Shown piece by piece: positions 15,920 to 29,739 of a stretch of DNA of 64,000 nt. Position numbers and translations under genes: made by a program. Source of the stretch: the human T2T-CHM13v2.0 reference genome, Homo sapiens. Each line of letters begins with the position of its first letter. The stretch's first letter is position 1. Location of the stretch: assembly GCF_009914755.1 (NCBI RefSeq), contig NC_060927.1, one strand, 5' to 3'. The notes below the pieces were generated by a model. It did not search any database. It saw only the letters and a list, made by a program, of their open reading frames with translations, and had not been told where the DNA came from.

Positions 15920-16210
15920 TAACACACACACACACATGCGCGCCCTCTCCTCTTGCATGACTCCTCTCTCAGGGCTGAGCTGTTTTTCTGAGGGTGCCAC
16001 AATGAATCAGCTGCTTAGTCATCTCTGGAGTGCGGGAGCTAGCAGAACAGCAAAGAGGCATTACAAACCCAATAGCGGGTTTCACTTCCTTGAGCAGTAT
16101 TTATTCTGCTCTCTACCTCATGCTGCCCAAACTGTTGGAGAGGCCCTATCCACTCTCCCTGCCTTTTCAGCCCTTATTCTCCCAAATGCAGCCACAGAGG
16201 AGGTAAGAGA
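15920..16210 (+). promoter_or_regulatory. Candidate enhancer/promoter with a possible first-exon splice donor
   Basis: Non-repetitive and motif-dense: paired AP-1/ARE-like sites with an E-box (16002-16022), CCAAT at 16069-16073, ETS-IRF composite TTTCACTTCC at 16080-16089, and donor GAG|GTAAGA at 16202/16203. This is motif evidence only. Confidence 0.35.
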
Positions 16211-16566
16211 GACAATCCTGGTTGGTGGCAGACATTATCCTAGTATCATTTTTCCTGCCCCTGGAGACCTGAGATGCTGAGTTATAAATGCCCCCTTCAC
16301 ATTTGAAACTATATTTTGCAAGCCCTAGGAAGGCAGCTGTGCAAAGCTTGCAAGGAGGACAGAAGTGTGCAAACTTTTTTTTATCCCCTCCTTAATAAAA
16401 TCATACAAATTGATGCAGGTGAACCCGCTAGCCACCAGTGGATATCTGATATCAGTCTGAAAATTTTAGACCTGATTTCTGAGGTGTGCATGAGCTTTGG
16501 CCTTTGTTTTAATAACCAAGGGCTGAGATTCTCTTTGAGAAGAAGGTCCCCTCCCATTCTCTATGC

Positions 16567-17004
16567 ATTTTTTATTTGTATAAATTTAAAGGGTACAAGC
16601 GAAATTTCGTTACATGCATGTATTGCACAGTGGTGAAGTCATGGCTTTTACTGGATTTGTTATCTGAAAAATGTACTTTGTACCAATTAAGTAATTTCTC
16701 ATAATCTCCCCACCTTCTGTGCCCCCACCCTTCCAAGTCTCTAGTGTCTATCATTCCACACTCTTTGCCCATGTGTACACATTATATAGCTCCCACTTAT
16801 AAGTGAAAACATGCAGTATTTGACTTTCTGTTTCTGAGTTGTTTCACTTAAGGCAATGGCCTCCAGTTCCATCCATGTCACCGCAGAACACATTATTTCA
16901 TTCTTTTTTATGGCTGAATAGTATTCCATTGTGTTTATATACCACATTTTCTTTATCCTATTATCCATTGACAGGACACTTAGGTTGATTCCATATCTTT
17001 GCTG
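16567..17004 (-). mobile_element. L1MA-type 3' end fragment
   Basis: End of ORF2 (KKMWYINTMEYYSAIKKNEIM..., ORF 16741-17016) plus an L1MA-style 3' UTR. Confidence 0.8.
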
Positions 17005-17739
17005 TTGGCCACACATTTTTTTAGATGTGGTTACTACAGCAACACACTTGTCAGGTCAGCCTTGGGAAGACAGCAATAACTTCTGTCAGGATACAGAAAC
17101 AAATTTATCTTCTTAGTAGCTGGCCAGATAATTTCCTAAGGGAGAAAGGGCTTTGATAGCAATGAGGTGGGTAAAAGACATAGCCTTGGTCTTAAGTGAA
17201 GAAGGAAAGTAGACGGAAGACTGGGACCAAGCACTGCAGAGGAAATGTGAAGAGTGATGGGAGTCTGGCTGGAGAAGTGGGGGAAGTGGGGGGAGGCTTA
17301 GAGAAATAGGTAGCTGCAGGAGGTGGGGGACTGAGCAGAGCATTGGGAGATGTGACTCTTTCCTATGAATCTCCAGATCACCACTAAAATTACCAAAAAA
17401 TCTTTGCTGCAAAAACTGGTGAAGGGCCTTGGGTATTAAGGTTGGCCTGGGGCAGAAACAGAGTCACCTGCACAAATAAGGGAAAGGGTCAGGTCTAGGC
17501 TGAATTACTTGACACAGGCAGTTAAGTATTATACACAGAGTCAGGATGCAGTTGCAGGACAGGTATGGAGCCAGAGCTAAAGTATTTATCACTCCAAACT
17601 CAGTTCCGGGTGATTATTTCTGGCCCTCATTCAGCCTTCCTCTCTGGCTCTCTGGAGGTCTCCTTCCTAGTCTAGTATTTCTAATTCAAGACAGCAAGCA
17701 CAGTTTAACAATTAAATGAGGGCTTTGTCTCACGTGAGG

Positions 17740-17955
17740 TAGTGAGTGTAGTTGTCAAGAATGATTTAAATCCTGACTTTGCCACTTTTACAAGTGAGTA
17801 CTTGGTTAAGTCCATCGGTTTTCCAATTATGAAATGGTCTAATAGGGTTATCTATCTCACAGGGATGTTGTGAATGTTAAATAACTAACACATATAAAGT
17901 ATCTAATATTATGCCTAGTACATGGCAATATTTTAGTAAATATGCCTACGTATTA
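17740..17955 (+). mobile_element. MIR relic
   Basis: AAATCCTGACTTTGCCACTT...TATCTCACAGGGATGTTGTGAATGTTAAATAA. Confidence 0.6.
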
Positions 17956-18228
17956 TTACTTAATACTGGGAGAAAAAAGGGAGTTTAGCCACAATACCAA
18001 AACTTCCTTTTCTGTTCACTGAGTATATTTTTTAAAATTTCTATTTGTAGTCATAGTTTTATTTTTTAAATGTTGTGTTATTGAGGTATAATTGACATAT
18101 AATAAACTATACATACTTAAAGTATCAGTTTGATGAATTTTGAGGCTGTATCTGTATCTATCCATGAAACCATCACCACAATCAAGAGAGTGAACACATA
18201 TATCATCCCCCAAAATTTCCTTGGGCCC

Positions 18229-18589
18229 TATCTTAGTCTTTTGGGGCTGCTATAACAAAATATCATAAACTAGGTAGCTTATAAACAACAGAAATGTATT
18301 CCTCACAGTTCTTGAGGCTGTACAAGATCAAGGCACTGGCAGATTCATTGTCTGGTGACAGCTCTCTCTCTGCTTCAAAGGTGGAGCCTTCTTGTATCCC
18401 CACAAGGTGGAAGGGGCAAATGAGCTCCCATGGGCCTATCTTATAAGGGGAACAATCTTCTTCATGAGGGCTCCTCCTTCATGACCTCATCACCTCCCAA
18501 AAGGGCCCACCTCCTAATGCCATCACCTTCGGGGGTTTGGGCTTCAGCGTATAAATTTGGGGGGAACACAAACATTCAGACCATAGGTA
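18229..18589 (-). mobile_element. MaLR solo LTR, MLT1A-like
   Basis: TCTTAGTC...GGCTGCTATAACAAAATATCATAAACT...AATTTGGGGGGAACACAAACATTCAGACCATAG. Confidence 0.8.
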
Positions 18590-19212
18590 TCCCCTTGGGA
18601 GTCCCTCCCTCCCAGTTTTCCACATCCCCCTTTACCCACTGCACTCCCAGCAAACTACCGATTTGCTTTTTGTCACTTTGATTCATTTGCATTTTCTAGA
18701 ATTTTACATAAATATAATCATACTCTGTCTTCTTTTACCCAGGGTAACTATTTTAATATCCATCCATGTTGCTCCATGTATCAATTCTTCCTTTTATTGC
18801 TAAATAGTATTCCATTGAATGGATATCATCCACTTTATCTGTTCACCTGTAGATAGATATTTGAGTTGTTTCCAGATGTGGGCTACTACAAATAAAGCTG
18901 TTATGAGTATTTGTGTACAAGTCTTCATGTGGTCATAGGTTTTTATTTATCTCATGTAAATACCTAGGAGAAGTGGCTAGACCCTAGAGTAGATATTTTT
19001 TAATTTTTTAAGAAGCTGCCAAAGTCTTTTCCAATGTAGTTGTGTCATTTTTACATCTCCGTAAGTAGTTCTTCCACATTTTCATTCACATCTTCATAAC
19101 AAAGTTAGCCATTCTAATAGGTGTGTAGTGTTATCTCATTGGGATTTTAATTTGCATTTTCCTAATGACTAACTATATTGAGCATCTTGGCATTTGCTTA
19201 CTTGTCATCTGA

Positions 19213-19539
<327 letters not shown>

Positions 19540-21661
19540 TGAATATCTTCTCCAATGAAGAGAAGTATCTGTTCAAATATCTTGCCTAGTTTTAAGAATT
19601 GGGTAGTTGGCTTTCATATTACTGACTTTTGTAAATTCTTTATGTATTCTAGATACAAGTTCTTTTTCAAATACACACTTTACAAATACTTCATCGCAGC
19701 CTGTGGCTTGTCTTTTCATTCCCTGAACAGTGTTTCTGATGAGCAGAAAATTATACTTTTTATAAAGCCCAATTTATCTTTTTTTCTCTTTTATGGATAG
19801 TGCTTTTGATATTGGGCAAAAGAAATTTTTGCCTAACAGGTACCAAAAATTTTCTCACGTCTCATCTAGAAGTTTTACAGTTTTGCTTTTACACTTAGGT
19901 CTATAATCCATCTTCATGTATTTTTAATATGGCATGAGACATAGACCAAAGTTCTTTTTTTTTGGTTTTGTTTTGCATAAATATATTCACTTATTTCAGT
20001 AGAGTTTTTTTTCAGTTTTTTAATTTGGTTAATTATGTTCATTTTTTAAAATATTAAGTCAGTACTACACTACTGGAATAAACACAATTTGGTCATAGTA
20101 TATTACCCCTTTTACATATTATTGGATTCATATTGCTAAAATCTAGTTTAAAATTTTTGCATTTATATTCACGAGGGATATTATACTATAGTTTTCTCTT
20201 TTTTAATGTTTTTGTCTGGTTTTGACATCAGGTTAATAGCCTCATAGAATAAGTTGGAACTACTCTTTTAATTCTCGGAAGCATTTGAGAAGGATTGGTG
20301 CTAATTCTTCTTTAAATATTTGGTGGAATTCTCCCGTGAAGCCATATGGTCTTGCACTTTTCTTTGGGTGGTTTTTAATTACTGATTTAATCTTTTCGCT
20401 TATTACAGATATGTTCAAACTTTCTATTTTTTCTTGAGTCTGTTTTGGTAGTTTTTGACCCACTGGTTATTCAAGAGTGTGTTGTTTCATTTCCATCTAC
20501 TTGTGAATTTCCTAAATTCCTATCTGCTACTGATTTCTAATAAGTTATTGATTTCTAATAAGTTATTTCATTGTCATCAAAGAATATATTTCATATGATT
20601 TTAATCACTTAAAATATACTGATCTAGATACACTCTTTAAGCCAGGCCTATATTAAGGTTGCCTCTAGCATCTGTCAATCTTTACTCCTGATGAGTTGGA
20701 GTTTCTTTTGAAGCTAAGTAGTCTTGTGTAGGCTGCATGTCGCCAGCGAGGGCGGGATTCAGCCTTCCTATATGGGTTTCTTCCTACTTAAGACCACAAA
20801 TAATCCGTCTGGTACAATTTCGGGAATGCCTTTCTTTCTCTAGTTGGTGGAGCCGAAAGGCATCCCAATCCTGGGCAGATGAGTGTAGTAGGCTGACATA
20901 AATGTAATGTTTATACTTATGAGGTTACTTTGCAAAAGCTATTTTACAAAATTCCAGTGAGTGCTGGGAAGATGTGGTTAGATTTCTGATGGCAGGGCTT
21001 TTTTTCATTACAGGTTTCATTTCCCCACCTGGCATTCAGCCAATGTCCCTTTCACTGACTGCTAAAATCAGAACAATAAACCATTCCCTTCCTCAGAGGT
21101 CTCAACAAAATTCCCCCTCATAACAAGCTCATATTTCCTGGCCTCTGCCAATTCCTTAGGATGTTTCAGCATGTTTTTCCTTATTTTCTGAAGACCTTAG
21201 ATACAAGGATTTATAAAAGAGTACTTTCAAATATTTTCAGGCAAGTATGATTCAGAGCTCACTTTGGAGTTATTTATCTGAGGAAATATCTAAGCCAATG
21301 AGTCGAAACCTAAGTTTAGATTGTACAAAGAGAAGAGAAGTAGAATAGGTAGACACATGGGTACATAGAATAGTCCACAGTTTCCTTTTTTTGACATGGC
21401 TGCATGATCATTGTCAGGTCAAAGAACTCTTAGAGGTTTTTTCACTGCTTATAAACAGGAAAATTAAATAGAGCTTCTAAGTATACTGTGATATTCGCCA
21501 CAAATAAAAATATCCCATTTTTCTTTCATTGCTTCTCCTTGGGCCTTGCCAACAGGCAAAGGGGGATGTCTTACTCATGATTGTGTTTGACGTACAGCAC
21601 ATCCCTGACTCAATGAACTGAGAATACTAATTAAATATTTTCTTTAAAAAGTTAAACTTCA

Positions 21662-22214
<553 letters not shown>

Positions 22215-25200
22215 AAAAGTTTAACTTTGTATTAAATCTCAAGTTAAGGGAATTAACATCTAGTCGCAAGAAGGAGTTAAATAACCTGGAACAGAAATTA
22301 TAAAAACACAAATCTCTAAACCTGTGTATGGACTACTGTTTATTACTAAATTCAGCTGTTGCAATCGCCATTTAATTCAAAGTAACTCTAGTTGGAACTG
22401 TAAGACATAAGAACAAACTTCACCCTGACTTCTTTCCTAGAATCAGGAATTGTTTTTTTCTACCTGAGCTAAAAGGCTGAGGCATCTTGATTCCTTAGTG
22501 ACTCTAAATAGCCCTAAGTCATAACTTTTAATAACAGTTTTCTTCCCTGATTGCCTAAAAAGACAAATACGATAGGGACTCAAATTATGTTTATAATTAT
22601 GAAAACATTTATCTGTTTTCTCTTTTCCTTTACTGATATGATGTGTGGGCCCTAGATATTTTTGTTAAAGCTGTCTTAGCACTTTGATTTTACCAGGGCC
22701 AGGCCTTTTTTCTTTCAGATTATTTAAAAACATATTTCAACTTAATAAAACAATGTTAAGCAAAGTTGTATAGTAGTTTTCTCACATACACATTTGTGGG
22801 TTGTCTGCCGTGTAGCTTATTTAAAACAAACGTTTGCTACCAGATTAGATGTCCCCCACCCCCAACCCTTCATAGCCCACCTTTCCTTAACGTATCCTGG
22901 AGGGTAAACATATTGCTAAAGAAAATATAATACATTCTGAATACAATGGAAAATATTTTATTAACTCTTTGTGATTCATTCTTAGCAATGTTCCAATGAG
23001 TCCATTGACTCATAAAATTGAGAACTTTTAAATTATTAGTCAAATATTCACTCCCCTCCTTTTCATTTATACCAGTAGTGGGTGTAATCCTTATCCTATA
23101 TTCTCCATGAATATTTCTCAGATATAGTTATAAGGGTGATCCTCCATAGTCCCATGGATTTACCTCTGATTTTGTGTCTTACCTGAGAACAAATCCTAAT
23201 TTCCAGTCCATTTGTCCTTGAGAGAGAAGACACAGCTTTCACATCGTCCTCTATGCACCTTTTTATTTCTGGGAGAAACACCACACTGTCCTGTTTTCCA
23301 TGTGTTTTAACACTTTGAGTGTTTGAATGAGTCTAGGGAGGTATATCTACCCCCACTCCAATTGCCCGCCAAAATTATATCTCAGTGTTTAAAGTTCCCA
23401 GTGTATAAAGTTCCACCATTGAAAATTAAGTCCCAAGAGTGTAGGTTGTCTACCTCCAGGGGTTTTCCTCTAAACGCAAGTATCCTTGGGAGGGGCGACC
23501 TATTAAACAATAGTGTATCAGAAGGAGTTATTTATTTCTTATATGATGACTCAGGACATGTGGACAGAATTTGACAGGAGAGTGGGATGAAAAAAACAGA
23601 ATTAGAGAACACTGGTCTAGGACAAAATCCTAAGAGGGAGATCAGATTTGTGGCTCCAGTTAGGAACAGTTTTGGGGTACTCTAGAACTCCACTGGGAGA
23701 GGGAGGCAGACTGTTAGAGGAGCACAGAGCCAGAATCAGGAACCAGTGGCAAATACTGCCTATTTCACAATGATGGGCAGAGCTAGAGCCTGGTGAATGT
23801 GTATTTTATAATCCCCCAAGTCAATTGGAGATTATTCTGTCAGATGAGGCCACTTGTGCCTCCAAACAATTCAGTATGGCCAGTCACATGATGTGGATGC
23901 TAGCAAAGTAATAGAAGCATCAGGATAAAACAGGAGTCAAGATCCATCACACATTCCATAGGATCCTCTGTAGATTCCCATCTGGAAGCCCTGGAGTATG
24001 GCAGGAATATTTTCCAAAGTATTATGAAATTTCCATTAAGCAGGGTGGGATTATTTTGCCAGAGATTTTTTTTTTAAGACATTTTCACATGGGAAACCAT
24101 GTCTGAAGATCGTAGAGAAGAGTCAGGGGATACTTTTAACTTCAGATTAAATATGTATAACCTTGGAACCCACAGCTTCCCACACAGGCTTTCAGATAGG
24201 CAGAGTGAGTAGATTTAGAAACATATACACAAATATGCATAAATAAATACACATATATATACATTGTGGCTATATTCTACATAGGACAAGATAATTTACA
24301 GAACATATATCATTATAGATGCCATGTAGACTCCTAAACTACTTTTAAGTAAAAACAAGCTATTCTTAACAAAAATGATCAAGAAAAAAGTAAAAATCTG
24401 TTTTTGTCTGTGATTAAGTCTGTGTAGGTCTTATAATTGTAAGCCCCAAAACTATCTCCTGTTCTTGAAGTAGGATCTATGAAGGTATCCCCAAGGCCAA
24501 ATGACCAGAAGTTAAGGATGGAAAACCATGAGGAGACAGACAGCATCTGGACACAGGCCCACTACAATAAACAGACTCATACATTGCGCCCCACCCATCT
24601 CACTCTTCTAATTCCAGAGTCACTAATACGGCATCTGGTGTTCATAACAAAGCAACCTAGCACAGGGATTGGAGAACGGATACAGCCAGCGTTGAACAGC
24701 TCCTGCCCTCTGTCTCTGCCTCAGCAACAGTTTTGGTCAGAGGAAGCTGAGCTCTAACCAGATGTCGTTGTGAAGCCTCATCTTTCACCATCTCTCTCGC
24801 CGTACAACTTTGAGAAGTCCTTAATCCAGCTCAGTCTCAGCCTCTTCATATACAAAACAAGATAATTGGCCCGGGTGGTCCTAATGTTTTTCTAAACTCT
24901 TAGAGTTGAAGATCTTAGCATTGGAAACAATCACCATGAACTTACAATGTGAAATGTTGAATAATGGATATAAAATAGAGACTACTAAAATAGTAGGAAA
25001 AATAGAGTCATAAAGTGAAAAACTGGGTTTTTTAAAATGGATTTTAGAAACAAAATGAAATAAATTAATGACAAAGTTATGTTTTGCAACCCAAATGAGC
25101 TTAGCTAGCTCACATCTCTTTCCACAGTAGCCAATTATCTTTACTTTGCAACACTTCCATCTAGTTGAATTGGTCAACTCAGTTATTAGTCAGTGATCTG

Positions 25201-25769
25201 AGAGAGAGAAAACTTTCCTGGGGGGATTATTGTTCTATTCCTATGGATTCATGGCTGTTTTGATACTTAACTTTAGTCAGATACCAAAGAACATCTGGTG
25301 TTTCATAAAATGTCACCTTCGAATAGAAATTTGGCAATCACGTGCTGAGTTCTGGAAAATGACATACTGTCTAACCAGAATCCATGTGTGGGCTCCTGTA
25401 ATAGATCTGAAAAGAAAGTAACTTGGTCTAATTTGCCCAAAAACGCTGACTGTGGGCTGCACTCTAAGGTGACTTTTCTGAGTGGACACATTCTCCAGCA
25501 CCATTTCTAACATAACCAGTCCACAGATACCAGCTGGCACGTGGAGTAGCCAGCCTGGTCAGGGAGGAAATGGTAAAAACAAAGGGATAGAGGAATTCCA
25601 GAGACAGAGAGCATTAGTGCTGGTTGAGCATTGTGGATTAGTTCTTGTCATTCAAATATAAAGCATGGTCAACTGCATCAAAGGAAAGAAAAGACTGATG
25701 CTGTTTTATCTGTCTTTACATTCTCCCTTTTATTCTGGGACAAGTATTTGGAGTTTCTTAAGCCCTAGA

Positions 25770-25995
25770 GCTAGACTGGAGCCCTTCAGCTCCGTACTCT
25801 ACCACTTAGTTATTATGAACACTTGGGTGGATTACTGATCCTCTCTGTGCCTTGGTTGCCTCTTTTGTAAAATGGAAATAAAAATGCTTTCTATCTCATA
25901 GAGTTGCTTTGAGAATTTAAGGACTTAATATACATTAATTTTTAAAAAGATTAGTGCCCAACACAGAGTAAGCACTGTGTAAGAATTTATTATTA
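25770..25995 (+). mobile_element. MIR relic
   Basis: CTCTCTGTGCCTTGGTTGCCTCTTTTGTAAAATGGAAATAA...CTCATAGAGTTGCTTTGAGAATT. Confidence 0.65.
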
Positions 25996-27369
25996 TGCTA
26001 ATCTTCAAAAGGGAGAATCAGTGGATAAAATTTTAAAAATTTTTGGTAGAGTGCTTGAAAGATGGTCAGATTTAGACTTTATTTCCTTGGAGCAGTCTTA
26101 ATCCTTTACCACCTGGACTTCATCTGATTCTTTCTGCCACCTGCTTCTTTATGGGGGAAAAAAAGAGGCAGAGGGTTCTCAGACTAGAAACAAATTATTA
26201 CTGTTGCTGAGGTTCCTCTTCTTTTCCACCCTTGGGTCTGCTCAGGAAAGAAAGCAATTTGTAGGTCTGAAATTAACGTTTTCCTTCTCTTACTGGGCTT
26301 CACTGCCTGAAACAATGTTAGAACTGTCTCATGCTTCCCAGTGAAGATGGGTTTCGTCCTGCAAGCCAGACAGGCTTGCAGGCTATGTCTGACTAGGGAT
26401 TGACAGCAATTATGTCACTGCTGAGCCACAAACCAAACAAAACTTAGGGCTTTGGAATTTAGACAATAGCTGAATTACAAGGGTACTGTCCCAGAAGGGA
26501 CCGTGCTTATGTTTTGCAGACCTGGACAATAAAATGGCTGTGTCTTTCAAAATAATTGCCCAGGTCTTTGTTTTACTGAGGTGTGCCTTTGCCTTGACAA
26601 CAGAGAATTTCCAACATGGGGAGAAAGCAGGTTCCCTATCATAATCTTCAGGATAGCTTGATTGACTATAATTTCCAATCTTTCGAATCTGCAGGACACC
26701 AGCAAGCACTGACTTCACCATGCTGGGAAAAAACATATTGGTCCAGAGAGGAGGATGTTGTTTTGATTGGCAACTCAGCCAAACAGGGAGATCATTGCAA
26801 ATTCAGATGGGTGGAGGGTTTCTCAGAAATGCTTAGTAATGGCCAGAGGATATGCCATGGTCTGAGATAGATGCTTAGCCAAAGATAATGTCCCACAGGA
26901 GGCTAGTTGGTTTCAAGTAAAACAGGTCCAGGTCTAATAGCCCAGGACCAGCCCTAGGCTCCAAATGGTAAAGGGAGACTCAATGGCCCCCAAAGCATTC
27001 TGAACACTCCAAAATCCCCTTTTTCTGGGATGCTTATTATGTCCAGAGGGGAAAAAAGACTAATAAAACCAATTCTCATTAAGATGTTTAGGCCTGAATG
27101 TGACTCTTCTTCCATATTCTAGAGTTATTTAGTTTTTGAAAGAGAACTGTAAAAGAAAGTGATAAATCACCTCCCAGGGTAAATTCCAAAGGTAGAATTC
27201 CAGGACGTGTGTAATCCATCATATTATCATCACCTATGTCACCACCTTCTTCTCACTCACAAGGCTAATCCTGAAGCACTTTCCTGAACAAACAGTTCAA
27301 TTCTATAAACATTTAAGGGTGATAATGTGCAAGGATCTGTGATTCTAAACCAGTGGAATGCAGCACAGA

Positions 27370-27575
27370 AGTTAAGGGGCCTGGGGCAGGAGTTAGACAC
27401 TGGGTGAAATCCTAGCTTCACCTCTTACAGGCTTTATGAGTTCCAGCCTCTTGACTTTCAATTTACAAAACAGAACTGATAAATTTACCTCTTTACAAGG
27501 CTGCGGTGGGGATTTGGTAAGATGAAGGTTTTTGCACAGTGCCTGGCATATAGTAAGGGCTCAGTAGATGTTACT
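27370..27575 (+). mobile_element. MIR relic
   Basis: GGGTGAAATCCTAGCTTCACCTCTTAC...GCACAGTGCCTGGCATATAGTAAG. Confidence 0.6.
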
Positions 27576-29739
27576 TGTATGTAGTATTAAGTAGAACTCA
27601 AGCACATACAAGAGCAGGTTCTTCAAAGCTCAGCTGATGACTACCTCATTGACCACTGAAGTCCTAGCAGCTAGCACAGGATGAATACTCAATAAATATT
27701 TGTTAAGTGAATAAAGTTACAAGTTTTTTCCCTGTTTCATTTGCCCACCAGTCCATAACCTTCATCCCTTGCTTCCTCTATCACAAAGGAACTTTGATAG
27801 AGTCAGAGGAAAGAGTATCATGAGTAGGTGAAGTTGGCTATGCTAACAGGACTGGTCAAAACTAAAAAAAAGCAAAAGCCCAGTGGGAAGACGGCAGCCT
27901 AGAGGAACCAGACATCTGGGAAGGTCACAACTAGGAACCAGGAAGGGGGAGAGACTGAATAAAAGGGCAGGTCCAGGGCATGCGGATTCTGTGTGCTTTT
28001 TTTTCCAAGGACTGGCTATGCTGGGAATTGCAGCAAGCTGAATCCATCAAAGTTGAAATATAAAAGCTTCTTTCAAGTTTTGCCAGGAACTGTCTGTGTG
28101 TGACTCATTCCAGGTAGGATGTAAAAGACCATGCTCAATAACCAGACACATATGTATTTATTGTGCTCCACCCTTTTCTCCCTGATTCCTTTCTCCCTCT
28201 CCTTCCAGGATTTCCTCCTGTTTGCAAGTTTGATGGGAATGGAGAAGGCTGGGAAGCTCTGCTTCTTTACATTTTTAAACTTGAGGCAACAATCTGCTTT
28301 TATAAGCATCAGTAAAACCAGAGTGCTGTCCCCTCATTTCTGTAAAATTAGATTCAGTTTTTGTTTCAAATAAAATAAATGGTGTGCACTCAGACTGCTG
28401 AATGCAGAAAGATTGTTAATCACAAACTTATCAGCTGTTAGTCTTAGGTCTAGAGTTTCCCTCACTCTAGTCAACCTTTTTGATGTGCTGTGTTCTAACC
28501 TCTTCTTACCAGGAATGTTCATCAAGGGGAACATTTCTAGCCTTCGGTTTTAAAGCCCCTAGCTCACCAGCTCACCACCGTATTGAGGAAGAGAAAGTAT
28601 CATATGGAATTATGTTTTCAGTCTTGCAGACAGTGGTTGGAGATTGCAAGGCCAACCTGAAATAGGTGTGGTTTTTTGTTTTGTTTTCAGCTAAAATTGC
28701 TTGTTGGTATTGGCAGGAGGCTTAGTAGAAAAGGAGGGGAGAATTTGTCCCTGGCAGTTTTTAAATCCACAAAAAGCCAGCATTTGCTTTGCAAGCACAT
28801 ATCTCCTAAGTTTTGTGGGCTCCTGCCCACAGTAGGCAAGCAGTTTACTCTTTGTCTGCAGCAACTCACCATACTTCAAGACTCCTTCGATGTTGATTCC
28901 CCATTTGGTTCAAGCTCTCTGACCTACAGCAATTTTACTACTACATCAGCGCTGAGAGTAGACAGCAACAAAGACATCAAAAGACCCTTGGCTTATTTTT
29001 ACACCCTATTGCTCAGCCTTTGTTGTTACTGCATTAGTGATTTTCCTGCTTTCATTTTGTGGCTTTCTACTTCTGTAGCTATTCTTTCTTCAGCTCTTTT
29101 AATAAACATTATTCATACTTTCCTTTCCTACATTTTAAAAATTCTAATTGTCCCAGCTCAGTAGCGGCCTTGCCAGACACAGGCCCAGTGGAGCAGGCAC
29201 CAAAGCTAGGAATGCAGGGCAAGCTGAATCCAGAGGTCACAGGGGCACAGGAAAATCCCAGGACACAAAGGCCCCAGTGCGGGTTGCACAGGAGAGGCAA
29301 GTGACTAAGTTAGACACAAAATATAGACTAGGTGCTGATGCCAGGAACAAATAGCATAAAAAGTCAAAACTAAAGCCAGAATTCAAAGCAGGAGCACTGC
29401 GAACCATGGCTCCAATTTCAGAGGTAAATTAGCAAGGAATGGCCTTTTAACCACTAGAATAACTACCATTGCTGGAATATTGACCATAGACCGGAAACTG
29501 CATGATCCCTTACATTGAAACTCTGCATGGGTTAGTCGCCATGATCCCTCATGTGCAGAGGAAGAAACTGAGGCTCAGAAGTGGAATTATTTGGCCACAC
29601 CACACTTTAGACCTAGGTGTGTATGACTATAAGCCATCCTCTTCCCATGAGTCTCACTGCTACTGGGTAAGCTTTTGGTGTTCTATGTCTGGCTACCTCT
29701 TCTTTTTTTTAAAACAAACAAACAAACAAATAAAAAACT

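Noticed and set aside
15936-16280. 114-aa ATG ORF over the candidate regulatory island
   Set aside because: No recognisable protein similarity. The signal is better explained by transcription-factor motifs.
20531-20566. 18-bp direct repeat TGATTTCTAATAAGTTAT x2
   Set aside because: A simple slippage duplication within an old L1, with no array or spacer structure.
20739-20757. CTCF-like motif CGCCAGCGAGGGCGG
   Set aside because: The core spacing is one base off the CCASYAGRKGGC consensus, which is too weak without ChIP data.
28676-29164. 162-aa ORF in non-repetitive DNA
   Set aside because: It has a TTG start, a Leu/Phe/Ser-rich composition typical of AT-rich non-coding DNA, and no recognisable domain or exon structure.
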